Source: Ilumatobacteraceae bacterium (GTDB lineage Bacteria > Actinomycetota > Acidimicrobiia > Acidimicrobiales > Ilumatobacteraceae). From it: a stretch of 64,000 nt of DNA. This document shows positions 47,647 through 56,187 of this stretch, one piece after another (the first letter of the stretch is position 1; each line of letters starts with the position of its first letter). The notes under the pieces are model-generated. The model was given only the letters and a program-made list of their open reading frames with translations, was not told where the DNA came from and did not search any database. A program made the position numbers and the translations under genes. The DNA is taken from positions 1,288-65,287 of the forward strand of contig CAVSZO010000067.1 of NCBI GenBank assembly GCA_963732335.1, given 5' to 3'.

Positions 47647-48432
47647 ATGGCTGAGCGCCGCGTCGCGATCGTCACGGGGGCCAGCCGCGGAATCGGCGAG
47701 GCCATCGCTGTGCGGCTGGCCGCCGACGGCGTCCACGTCGCAGCCTCCGCACGCACGCTCGAACCCGATCCCCGTCACGCCGGTTCGCTGACCGAGACGG
47801 TCGACCGCATCCGCGCGGCGGGTGGCGAGGCCGTCGCCATCCCGTGCGACCTGGCGCAGCCGGACGACCGCCGGCGGTTGGTCGCGGCAACCGTCGAGCG
47901 GCTCGGCCCGGTCGACATCCTCGTCAACAACGCCGCCATCACGTATCTCCTGCCGTTCACGGAGTTCACCGAGAAGCGCTGGCGGCTGATGTTCGAGGTC
48001 CAGGTCCGGGCTCCGTACGAGCTCGCCCAGCTCGTCGTGCCGGGCATGCAAGATCGCAAGCAGGGCTGGATCCTGAACATCACCAGCCGGGCTGGCATCC
48101 ATGCGCACGGCCCTCCCTACGACCCGATCCACAAGCAGGGGTTCACCGTGTACGGGATGGTCAAGGCCGCCCTCGACCGCTTCACGACCGGGCTGGCGGC
48201 CGAGCTCTATGACGACGGCATCGCCGTCAACTCACTGGCGCCTTGGGACAACGTGGCCACACCCGGCGCGGGCGCCCACGACCTCGTCGAGGGCTTCGCC
48301 GTCGAGGGGCCTGAATGGATCGCCGAAGCGGCGGTCGCCCTCTGCAGCGGCGACCCATCGCAGCTCACGGGCAGGGTCGCCTACAGCCAGCCACTCCTGG
48401 CCGAGCTGCAGCTGCGCCCGAGGCCCATCTGA
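47647..48432 (+). CDS. SDR family oxidoreductase
   Basis: TGASRGIG, NNAA, YGMVK. Confidence 0.9.
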   Translation: MAERRVAIVTGASRGIGEAIAVRLAADGVHVAASARTLEPDPRHAGSLTETVDRIRAAGGEAVAIPCDLAQPDDRRRLVAATVERLGPVDILVNNAAITYLLPFTEFTEKRWRLMFEVQVRAPYELAQLVVPGMQDRKQGWILNITSRAGIHAHGPPYDPIHKQGFTVYGMVKAALDRFTTGLAAELYDDGIAVNSLAPWDNVATPGAGAHDLVEGFAVEGPEWIAEAAVALCSGDPSQLTGRVAYSQPLLAELQLRPRPI

Positions 48433-49607
48433 TGGACTTCAGCTACTCAGCTGAGGAAGAGGCATTCCGGCAGGAGGTTCGTGACTGGCTCGACCGTCAC
48501 CTCGTCGGCGAGTTCACCACCCTCGGCACGGGCGCCGAGTTCTCGCCGGACGACTGGAAGGTCCGCGTCGCGTGGGAGCAGGAGCTCGGGCGCGACGGCT
48601 GGATCGGGCTCTCGTGGCCGCGCGCCCATGGCGGCCGCGCGGCCACGGCCATCCAGGAGCTCGTCTTCGCCGAGGAGTACGCACGCGCCCACGGACCCAC
48701 CCGTGGCGGCACGTTCGGCGAAGGCCTGCTCGGGCCGACGCTGATCCACTTCGGCACGGAGGCGCAGCGCGCCCGCTTCCTGCCGCCGATCCTGCGCGGC
48801 GACGAGTACTGGTGCCAGGGCTTCAGCGAACCTGGCGCGGGAAGCGACCTCGCAGCGGTCTCCACGCGGGCGCGCCTCGACGGCGACGAGTGGGTGGTCG
48901 ACGGTCAGAAGGTGTGGACCAGCCAGGCCCAGTTCGCCGACTGGATCTTCGCCCTCTGCCGCACCGATTCCAGCGGTCCCAAGCACAAGGGCATCTCCTT
49001 CCTCCTCCTGCCGATGGACCAGCCGGGCATCGAGGTCCGCCCCCTCGTCGAGATGACCGGTGGCGACCACTTCTGCGAGGTCTTCTTCGACGACGCCCGA
49101 ACGTCGGCCGAGATGATCGTCGGGGAGCCCGGCGACGGCTGGCGCATCGCCATGGCGACGCTCGGTTTCGAGCGCGGGACGGCTTTCATCGGCCAGCTGC
49201 GACGCTATGCCGACGAGTGGCACCGCCTTCGAGCCGTCGCCGCGGAGCGCGGCAGGCTCGGCGACCCGGTGATCCGCCAGCGCTTCGCCGACTCCTACGT
49301 CGGGCTGGAGATCATGCGCTACGGCGCGTTCCGCACGATCACCAATGTGGTGCGCGACGGGCGACCGGGGCCGGAGGCGTCGGTCGGCAAGCTGCAGTGG
49401 TCGCAGTGGCACCAGCAGCTCGGTGAGCTCGCTGTCGACGTGCTCGGCGTCGACGCGACGCTCCGCGACGACGGGTCCTCCCTGCTCCACGACCTGCAGC
49501 ACACGTTCCTTTTCAGTCGCGCCCACACGATCTATGCCGGCTCGTCGCAGGTGCAGCGCAACATCATCGGTGAACGTGTGCTCGGATTGCCGAAGGAGCC
49601 CTCATGA
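48432..49607 (+). CDS. Acyl-CoA dehydrogenase (FadE30-like)
   Basis: WCQGFSEPGAGSDLA, LGFERG, IYAGSSQVQRNI. Confidence 0.93.
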   Translation: MDFSYSAEEEAFRQEVRDWLDRHLVGEFTTLGTGAEFSPDDWKVRVAWEQELGRDGWIGLSWPRAHGGRAATAIQELVFAEEYARAHGPTRGGTFGEGLLGPTLIHFGTEAQRARFLPPILRGDEYWCQGFSEPGAGSDLAAVSTRARLDGDEWVVDGQKVWTSQAQFADWIFALCRTDSSGPKHKGISFLLLPMDQPGIEVRPLVEMTGGDHFCEVFFDDARTSAEMIVGEPGDGWRIAMATLGFERGTAFIGQLRRYADEWHRLRAVAAERGRLGDPVIRQRFADSYVGLEIMRYGAFRTITNVVRDGRPGPEASVGKLQWSQWHQQLGELAVDVLGVDATLRDDGSSLLHDLQHTFLFSRAHTIYAGSSQVQRNIIGERVLGLPKEPS

Positions 49608-50356
49608 CGGCGTTCGTCGGCCGTGTCGCCATCGTCACGGGTGGCACCCGCGGGATCGGCGGGGCGATCACTGAACGGCTCGTGCGGGAGGGAGCCCACG
49701 TCGCGGCCGTCTATGCACGCGACGACGACGCGGCGAAGGCGCTGGCCGATCGACTGGCCGACGGTCCGGGCACGGTGTCGCTACACCGCGCCGACATCGG
49801 AGACCCTTACGCGTGCCGGGACGTCGTCACCGCCGTCGTGACCGAGCACGGTCGCGTGGACCACCTCGTGAACAACGCCGGGCTGCTCGTCGAGAACCGC
49901 GCCCGCGCGATGACCCTCGACGAGTGGGACGCCGCGATCCGCGTCAATCTGTCCGCCGCGTTCTACCTCGCCCAAGCCGTGCTCGGACCGATGATCGAGC
50001 AGGGTTTCGGGCGGATCGTCAACATCAGCTCGGTCACCGCGCTGATGGGGAGCCCTGTCGAGGCAGGCTACGGCGCGGCGAAGTCGGGGCTCTTCGGTCT
50101 GTCACGGTCGCTCGCCCGGGAGGTCGCCCGCAAGGGGATCACCGTGAACACCGTCGTGCCCGGCGTGTTCGAGACGGACATGACGAACTCGATGGCACCA
50201 GAGGCGCAGGACGCGATCCGCAAGCTGATCCCGCTCGGTCGCCGCGGCGACCCGACCGAGCTCGCCCACGCCGTGCTCTTCCTGCTCGACGAGCGGGCGG
50301 GCTACGTCACCGGCTCCGTCGTCACCGTCGACGGCGGACTGTCCATGGGAGGTTGA
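49604..50356 (+). CDS. SDR, 3-oxoacyl reductase/acetoacetyl-CoA reductase-like
   Basis: TGGTRGIG, NNAG, YGAAK, VDGGL. Confidence 0.9.
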   Translation: MTAFVGRVAIVTGGTRGIGGAITERLVREGAHVAAVYARDDDAAKALADRLADGPGTVSLHRADIGDPYACRDVVTAVVTEHGRVDHLVNNAGLLVENRARAMTLDEWDAAIRVNLSAAFYLAQAVLGPMIEQGFGRIVNISSVTALMGSPVEAGYGAAKSGLFGLSRSLAREVARKGITVNTVVPGVFETDMTNSMAPEAQDAIRKLIPLGRRGDPTELAHAVLFLLDERAGYVTGSVVTVDGGLSMGG

Positions 50357-50361
50357 TCGAG

Positions 50362-51177
50362 ATGACGGAGACGCTGGTGCTACGTGCGCTCGACCGAGGC
50401 GTCCTGACGCTGACGTGGAACCGGCCGGATCGCAACAACGGGTGGACGTTGGAGCTCGAGGAGGCCTACTTCGACGCCCTGGCGCTCGCTGCGGCGGATG
50501 CCGACGTGCGGGCCATCGTCGTCACTGGAGCGGGCAGGGCCTTCTGCCCGGGCCTCGACGTACAGGCGCTGTCGGCGTCAGCCGGCGGCAAACGCGTTGC
50601 CGACCGTCCGCGACGTCCGATGACGTTCGCCCTGTCCATCCCCAAGCCGATCATCGCCGCGATCAACGGCGCCTGCGCCGGCATCGGGTTCATCCAGGCC
50701 GCGTGCGCGGACCTGCGCTTCGGCGCGCGCGGGGCCAAGCTGACGACGGCGTTCGCCCGCCGCGGCCTGCCGGCCGAGAACTCCATCGCCTGGCTGCTGC
50801 CCCGACTGATCGGCCAGGCCAACGCGGCCGACCTGCTGCTCTCGGCACGCACGATCCAAGCCGACGAGGCCAAGGAGCTCGGGTTCCTCCACCGCGTCAG
50901 CGAGCCGGACGACCTGCTGCCGTCGGCGCTGGCCTATGCGCACGATCTCGCCGACAACGTCTCGCCAATCGCCATGGCGGCGATCAAGGCCCAACTGTGG
51001 GGCGACTGGGAGCGCACCCAGGACGCGTCGCGACGCTTCGCGCTCGACCGAGTCGCCGACCTGTCGGACAACCACCCGGACTTCAAGGAGGGCGTGCGCA
51101 GCTTCGTCGAGAAGCGTCCGCCCGACTTCCCCGGCCTCTCCGTGGAGGTCGAAGTCGAGATGGAGATGGCGCGGTGA
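50362..51177 (+). CDS. Enoyl-CoA hydratase/crotonase
   Basis: NRPDRNNG, FCPGLD, KPIIAAING, SFVEKRPP. Confidence 0.9.
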   Translation: MTETLVLRALDRGVLTLTWNRPDRNNGWTLELEEAYFDALALAAADADVRAIVVTGAGRAFCPGLDVQALSASAGGKRVADRPRRPMTFALSIPKPIIAAINGACAGIGFIQAACADLRFGARGAKLTTAFARRGLPAENSIAWLLPRLIGQANAADLLLSARTIQADEAKELGFLHRVSEPDDLLPSALAYAHDLADNVSPIAMAAIKAQLWGDWERTQDASRRFALDRVADLSDNHPDFKEGVRSFVEKRPPDFPGLSVEVEVEMEMAR

Positions 51178-52364
51178 GTGAGCAACACGTCGCCGTGACG
51201 CCGGCGGAGTACATGGCGTCGTTCGACGCCGCGTGTCCGCAACAGGCGTACCACGACCTGGCGATGGCGTCGCCGTTCACCGACCCTGACGGCATGCCGG
51301 TGGTGACGCGCATGGCCGAGCTCGTCGCGCTGAACCGTCACCCGGCCGTGCACGCCACCGACGGCGTTCACTTCAACCTCGGCGGCAAGCGCCCACTGAT
51401 ACCCCTCGACCTCGACGGACCCGAGCACACACGCTTCCGGCGGCTGCTCGACCCGCTCTTCTCGCCGAAGGCCGTGGCGCGGCTGTCGGACCAGGTGCGC
51501 GAGCGTACGAACGCTCTGATCGACGGCTTCGCCGGCGGCGGCGACGTGGAGTTCTTCGAGGCGTTCTGCGTCCCACTGCCCAGCCAGATCTTCATCCGCC
51601 TGCTCGGCCTACCGCTCTCCGACCTCCCCCGCTTCATCGCCTTCAAGGACGCCACCGTCCGACCTGAGGGCGCGACGGACGAGGAGCGCGACGAGTTCAA
51701 GGCCCGCGCGGGCGAAGCGATGTACGCGTACCTGCAGGGCGTGTTGGAGCAGCGACGCGGCGAGCCGCCCCGGGACGACCTCATCGGCGGCTTCCTGACC
51801 ACCGAGATCGACGGCGACCGCCTGTCGGACGAGGACATCATCGACATCTGCTACCTGCTCGTCATCGCCGGGCTCGACACGGTCACGTCGTCGCTCTCGT
51901 GCCTCGTCGCCTGGTTGGCGCAGCATCCCCACGAACGCGACCGTTTGGTGCAGGACCCGTCAGCGATTCCAGCCGCGATCGAGGAGCTGATGCGCTTCGA
52001 GTCGCCGGTGCTCCTCGGCCACCGGTGGATCACCGAGGACATCGAGGTCGAGGGCAGGCGTTTCGAGGGCGGCACCAAGGTGACCGTCGTGTGGGCGTCG
52101 GCGAACGTCGACCCGGACGCCGTCGCCGACCCGCTGACCGTCGACCTGGCGCGGAAGGACTGTCGCCACGTCAGCTTCGCCAGCGGGTTCCACCGCTGCC
52201 TTGGCTCGCACCTCGCCCGGCTGGAGCTGCGCATCGCCCTCGAGGAGCTGCACCGCCGACTCCCCGACTACCGAATCACGCCAGGCGCCGCACCCGTGTA
52301 CATCAACTACGGCGTACGGGCAGCCATCCAGCTGCCACTGTCGTTCACCCCGACGCCATGCTGA
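51174..52364 (+). CDS. Cytochrome P450
   Basis: AGLDT, EELMR, FASGFHRCLG heme motif. Confidence 0.95.
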   Translation: MSEQHVAVTPAEYMASFDAACPQQAYHDLAMASPFTDPDGMPVVTRMAELVALNRHPAVHATDGVHFNLGGKRPLIPLDLDGPEHTRFRRLLDPLFSPKAVARLSDQVRERTNALIDGFAGGGDVEFFEAFCVPLPSQIFIRLLGLPLSDLPRFIAFKDATVRPEGATDEERDEFKARAGEAMYAYLQGVLEQRRGEPPRDDLIGGFLTTEIDGDRLSDEDIIDICYLLVIAGLDTVTSSLSCLVAWLAQHPHERDRLVQDPSAIPAAIEELMRFESPVLLGHRWITEDIEVEGRRFEGGTKVTVVWASANVDPDAVADPLTVDLARKDCRHVSFASGFHRCLGSHLARLELRIALEELHRRLPDYRITPGAAPVYINYGVRAAIQLPLSFTPTPC

Positions 52365-53344
52365 AGCACACCATCAAGGTCGATGTCACCGACGCCTTGC
52401 CGCCGGCTGCTCGTGGGGGCGAGCCGGTCACGGTCGCCATCACGGTCGTTGTCGACCCGGCGAAGGTGGCCTCGGAACCCGTGGTGATCGTCGCCATCCC
52501 GGGCGGCACGTACCACCGCCGCTACTGGGATCTCCAGCCGCCAGGCCGCACCGGTTACAGCCAGGCCGACTGGATGGCCGATCGCGGGGTGATCTTCGTC
52601 GCATGCGACTACCTCGGTGGCGGAGACAGCAGCCGGCCGACCGACGGTGACTTCATGACCCTCGAGGTGGCGGCCGACGCCGCGCACGCCGTGTCCCAGC
52701 ACCTGCGTGCCCGGCTCGAGGCGGGCACGCTCGTCGATGAGCTCGCCCAGATCACCGACGCCACGTACGTCGGGGCCGGTCAGTCGCTCGGCGGGTTCAT
52801 CACGATGATCCAGCAGGGCAAGTACGCCGACTACGCGGGCGTCGCCATCCTCGGTGCGTCACCGATCATCATCGCCAACATCCCGCACCACAGGGATCTC
52901 GACGGCGTGTCCGAAGAGACACGGCGGCAGATGGTCATGGAGGACAACGCCAAGACGTCGGGACTCAGCGAGTTGCCGATGTATCACGGCGCGTCACGCG
53001 AGACGCTTCGCGACATCTTCCACGTCAAGGACGTACCCGACGATCTCGTCCAGTACGACGAAGAGGAATGTCACACGCTGATCTCGCGGGTCACCGGCGT
53101 CGACGGGATGACGCCCGGATACGCGGCGCCGTTCGCCGAGGTCATCGAGTCGCCAGTGTTTCTCGGGTGGGGCGACGTCGACGTGTCCGCTGCGCCGCAC
53201 GCCGAGCCGAGCGCCTACCCTCGCTCGCGCCACGTGACTCTCTCGGTCGTGGAGGACATGGCCCACATGCACAACTTCGCCGACACGCGCGAACGGCTCT
53301 GGGAGGACCTGTTGGCGTGGCTGCCCGTCACGAGGAGGACATGA
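52358..53344 (+). CDS. Alpha/beta fold hydrolase
   Basis: PGGTY.RRYWDL, DYLGGGDS, GQSLGG, AHMHNFA. Confidence 0.82.
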   Translation: MLKHTIKVDVTDALPPAARGGEPVTVAITVVVDPAKVASEPVVIVAIPGGTYHRRYWDLQPPGRTGYSQADWMADRGVIFVACDYLGGGDSSRPTDGDFMTLEVAADAAHAVSQHLRARLEAGTLVDELAQITDATYVGAGQSLGGFITMIQQGKYADYAGVAILGASPIIIANIPHHRDLDGVSEETRRQMVMEDNAKTSGLSELPMYHGASRETLRDIFHVKDVPDDLVQYDEEECHTLISRVTGVDGMTPGYAAPFAEVIESPVFLGWGDVDVSAAPHAEPSAYPRSRHVTLSVVEDMAHMHNFADTRERLWEDLLAWLPVTRRT

Positions 53345-53835
53345 TGACCGTCGACCGCTTCCCCGTCGAGGCCGGGCACATCATGCTGTTCGCCCGCGCC
53401 ATCGGCGACACCAACCCGGCCTACTACGGCGCGATGACCGGCGCGGCGACCGTCCCCGCACCGCCGACGTTCGTCCAGTCGAGCGCCCAGTTCGACCCGG
53501 ACTACTTCCTTCGGCCCAAGCCCGGTGAGCCGTGGTTCGGCTCGGGACGCAGCCCCACTGGTGTTGTCCGGGCGGAGGGTGGTGGCGGAGGTGGCGGCGG
53601 CGGGTTGCACGCCGAGCAGCACTACGACTACCACCGGCCGCTGCGGGCGGGGGACGTGCTCACGGCCTCAGTGCGCGCAGGCGAGACCTGGGAGAAGCAG
53701 GGCCGGCGCGGTGGCAAGCTCGTGTTCGTCGAGTCGATCACCGAGTACCGCGACGAGTCCGGCGAGCTCGTCGTGACGGCGCGGGGCGTCGGCGTGCGGA
53801 CGGAGAAGGTCGTCGAGGAGGGCTCCGATGGCTGA
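53341..53835 (+). CDS. MaoC-like dehydratase, N-type hot-dog subunit
   Basis: VEAGHIMLFARAIGD.NP, LHAEQHY.YHRP. Confidence 0.85.
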   Translation: MMTVDRFPVEAGHIMLFARAIGDTNPAYYGAMTGAATVPAPPTFVQSSAQFDPDYFLRPKPGEPWFGSGRSPTGVVRAEGGGGGGGGGLHAEQHYDYHRPLRAGDVLTASVRAGETWEKQGRRGGKLVFVESITEYRDESGELVVTARGVGVRTEKVVEEGSDG

Positions 53836-54236
53836 GGTCGTCGGTCGGTGAAAGCCGTTCTCTCATGCTGGTCGACGACCTCACGCGGACGCAGATCGTG
53901 CAGTACGCCGGCGCGTCGGGCGACTACAACCCGCTGCACACCGACGACCGCTTCACGACGGAGGTCGCCGGCTACCCGTCGGTCTTCGCCCACGGGATGC
54001 TGACGATGGGCATGACCGGTCGCGTACTCACCGACTGGTTCGGCGCCGAGGCGCTGACCGCCTACGGCGTGCGCTTCGTCAAGCAGGTGTGGCCCGGCGA
54101 CGCGCTCACCGCCACGGCGACCGTCACCGCGGTCCGCGACACCGACGACGGACGGCTCGCCGACCTCACGATCGAAACCGTCAACCAAGACGGCGAGCCA
54201 GTGATCACCGGCTCCGCCACCGCCCAACTGGACTGA
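53828..54236 (+). CDS. MaoC family (R)-hydratase subunit (frameshift near 53835)
   Basis: YAGASGDYNPLH.D..AHGM. Confidence 0.88.
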
Positions 54237-54237
54237 G

Positions 54238-54314
54238 GACCTGGGCGCGGATCGTCCCGGATTCCGACACGATTCGCGCCCAGATCGAGGTTTGGCACGA
54301 TCCGCGCCCAGATC
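54238..54314. repeat. REP-like element with three units between convergent genes
   Basis: GACCTGGGCGCGGATCGT plus two inverted copies ACGAT(T/C)CGCGCCCAGATC. Confidence 0.65.
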
Positions 54315-54912
54315 ACGCCGTCAGCATGCCGGTCAGGGCGGTCACGAGCTCGGACGTGAAGCGGTCGAGGGGCAGTTGACGGCCCGCGGGGAGCGCTGCT
54401 GCACCGGCTTGGTAGTCGGCGAGGGCGCTGATCGCGGTGTTGATCACCAGGGTCCAGCGGTTCCAGAACACGTCGCGCGGCAGCCCCTGAAGGTGTTGCG
54501 TGCGCAGCAGCCGACCGATGCGTTCGTAGGCCGACGACACGTCGCCCTCGGCGGAACGCAGTAGATCCCGGTGACCATCCGTTTGCAGCCGGCTCATGAA
54601 CCGGACGTAGTCGTGGCCCTGTTCGACCTGCTCGGCGAGCGGGACGACGAACGCCTCCACCAAGTCGCGGACGCTGTCTCGCCCCTCTGCCAACGCTGCC
54701 TCCAGCAGGACGAGCCGGCGGGCGTTGACCTCGGCGGAGCGGCGCTCGAAGATGGCGATCACCAACCCGCTCTTGTCGCCGAAGTGGTACTGCGTGACGC
54801 CGTTGTTGCGCTGACCCGCGGCGAGGCCGATCTCGCGCATCGAGACACCGTGGATGCCGCGCTCGGCGAACATCCGCTCAGCGGTGTCGATCAGCAGCTC
54901 CCGCGTCTGCAC
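54313..54912 (-). CDS. TetR family regulator
   Basis: TRELLIDTAERMFAERG..SMREI..AGQRN..YHFGDK; TACGCT -10 box 7 nt before the GTG. Confidence 0.92.
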   Translation of the reverse strand: MQTRELLIDTAERMFAERGIHGVSMREIGLAAGQRNNGVTQYHFGDKSGLVIAIFERRSAEVNARRLVLLEAALAEGRDSVRDLVEAFVVPLAEQVEQGHDYVRFMSRLQTDGHRDLLRSAEGDVSSAYERIGRLLRTQHLQGLPRDVFWNRWTLVINTAISALADYQAGAAALPAGRQLPLDRFTSELVTALTGMLTA

Positions 54913-54931
54913 GTGACCGAGCGTAGTGGGG

Positions 54932-54960
54932 TTGACACCGATTAAGAAACTCTTCTTAAT
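54932..54960 (+). promoter_or_regulatory. TTGACA box plus perfect inverted repeat ATTAAGAA-N4-TTCTTAAT, probable TetR operator
   Basis: 8-bp perfect IR at 54941-54960 in the 56-bp divergent gap. Confidence 0.8.
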
Positions 54961-54968
54961 AGTTGGAG

Positions 54969-56177
54969 ATGGACATCCCGCGGATCATCTCGGTCGACGA
55001 TCACGTGCTCGAACCACCCGATCTCTGGCACCGCTACCTTCCCGAGCGGTTCCGCGACGCGGCGCCCCGACTCGAGCGCACCAAGGGCCGCTTCGCGCCA
55101 GGGGCGCGCGGCGGATGGGTCGAGACCGACGACGGTGGCTGGGCGGACATCTGGCGCTTCGAGGAATACGAGTCGGCACTGCTGCCGGGCTTCGCCGCTG
55201 CCGGGATGGACCAGGACTACCTCGGACTGCACTGGGATCCGCTGACCTATGACGACGTGCGGCCCGGCTGCTTCGAGCAGGGGCCGCGCCTGGCCGACAT
55301 GGACGAGAACCACACCGAGGCGAGTCTGTCGTTCCCGACGTTCCCACGATTCTGCGGCCAGACGTTCCTCGAGCACGGCGATCGGGACCTCGCCCTGGCC
55401 TGCGTCCAGGCCTACAACGACTGGATGATCGACGAGTGGTGCGCCGGCCCAGGTCACGGGCGGCTCATACCGCTGACGCTGATCCCGCTGTGGGACCCCG
55501 ACCTGGCCGCGGCCGAAGTCCGCCGCTGCGCCGCCAAGGGCTCGTTCTCCGTGGCCTTCTCCGAGAACCCGGTGCGGCTGAAGCTGCCGAGCATCTTCAC
55601 CGACCACTGGGATCCGTTCTTCGCCGCCTGCGAAGAGTCCGACACGGTGGTCAACCTGCACATCGGGTCGTCATCGACATTCCCCATGACCTCGCTCGAC
55701 GCGCCTCGCGCCGTCTCGTTGGCCCTCACCTACCAGGGCGCCGCCCACGCCTTGTCCGACTGGCTCACCTCCGGGGTGCTCGATCGGTTCGCGCGTCTCA
55801 AGATGGCGCTCAGCGAGGGCCAGGTGGGGTGGATCCCGTTCATCGTCGAGCGCCTGGACAGCGTCTGGCACGAACGGCCGGTCTACGGCAACCTCGAAGA
55901 CCGGCTGACCAAGCCGCCCAGTGCGTACATCGCGGGGAGGATCTACGGCTGCGTGTTCGACGACGTGATCGGCCTGAAGATCCGTGACGAGATCGGCATC
56001 GAGCAGATCATGTTCGAGACCGACTACCCCCACGGCGACTCCACGTGGCCGCACTCGCGAGCTGTCGCCGAGAAGCTCGTCGCCGAGGCCGGCCTCGACG
56101 AGCGTGAGACGTATCTCCTGACCCGCGGCAACGCCATCGAGTGCTACGGGCTCCACCGCTTCGGCATCACGCACTGA
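54969..56177 (+). CDS. Amidohydrolase_2 family protein
   Basis: ISVDDHVLEPP, LHIGS, SEG..GW, ETDYPH, GNA. Confidence 0.9.
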   Translation: MDIPRIISVDDHVLEPPDLWHRYLPERFRDAAPRLERTKGRFAPGARGGWVETDDGGWADIWRFEEYESALLPGFAAAGMDQDYLGLHWDPLTYDDVRPGCFEQGPRLADMDENHTEASLSFPTFPRFCGQTFLEHGDRDLALACVQAYNDWMIDEWCAGPGHGRLIPLTLIPLWDPDLAAAEVRRCAAKGSFSVAFSENPVRLKLPSIFTDHWDPFFAACEESDTVVNLHIGSSSTFPMTSLDAPRAVSLALTYQGAAHALSDWLTSGVLDRFARLKMALSEGQVGWIPFIVERLDSVWHERPVYGNLEDRLTKPPSAYIAGRIYGCVFDDVIGLKIRDEIGIEQIMFETDYPHGDSTWPHSRAVAEKLVAEAGLDERETYLLTRGNAIECYGLHRFGITH

Positions 56178-56187
56178 GAGGACTGAG

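Noticed and set aside
53578-53604. Poly-glycine tract as a contingency repeat
   Set aside because: Mixed GGT/GGC/GGA codons in a loop of the MaoC protein, not a pure simple-sequence repeat.
7880-53840. Programmed frameshifting in the many split genes
   Set aside because: Breaks are scattered across unrelated enzyme families without slippery heptamers; long-read indel error is the simpler explanation.
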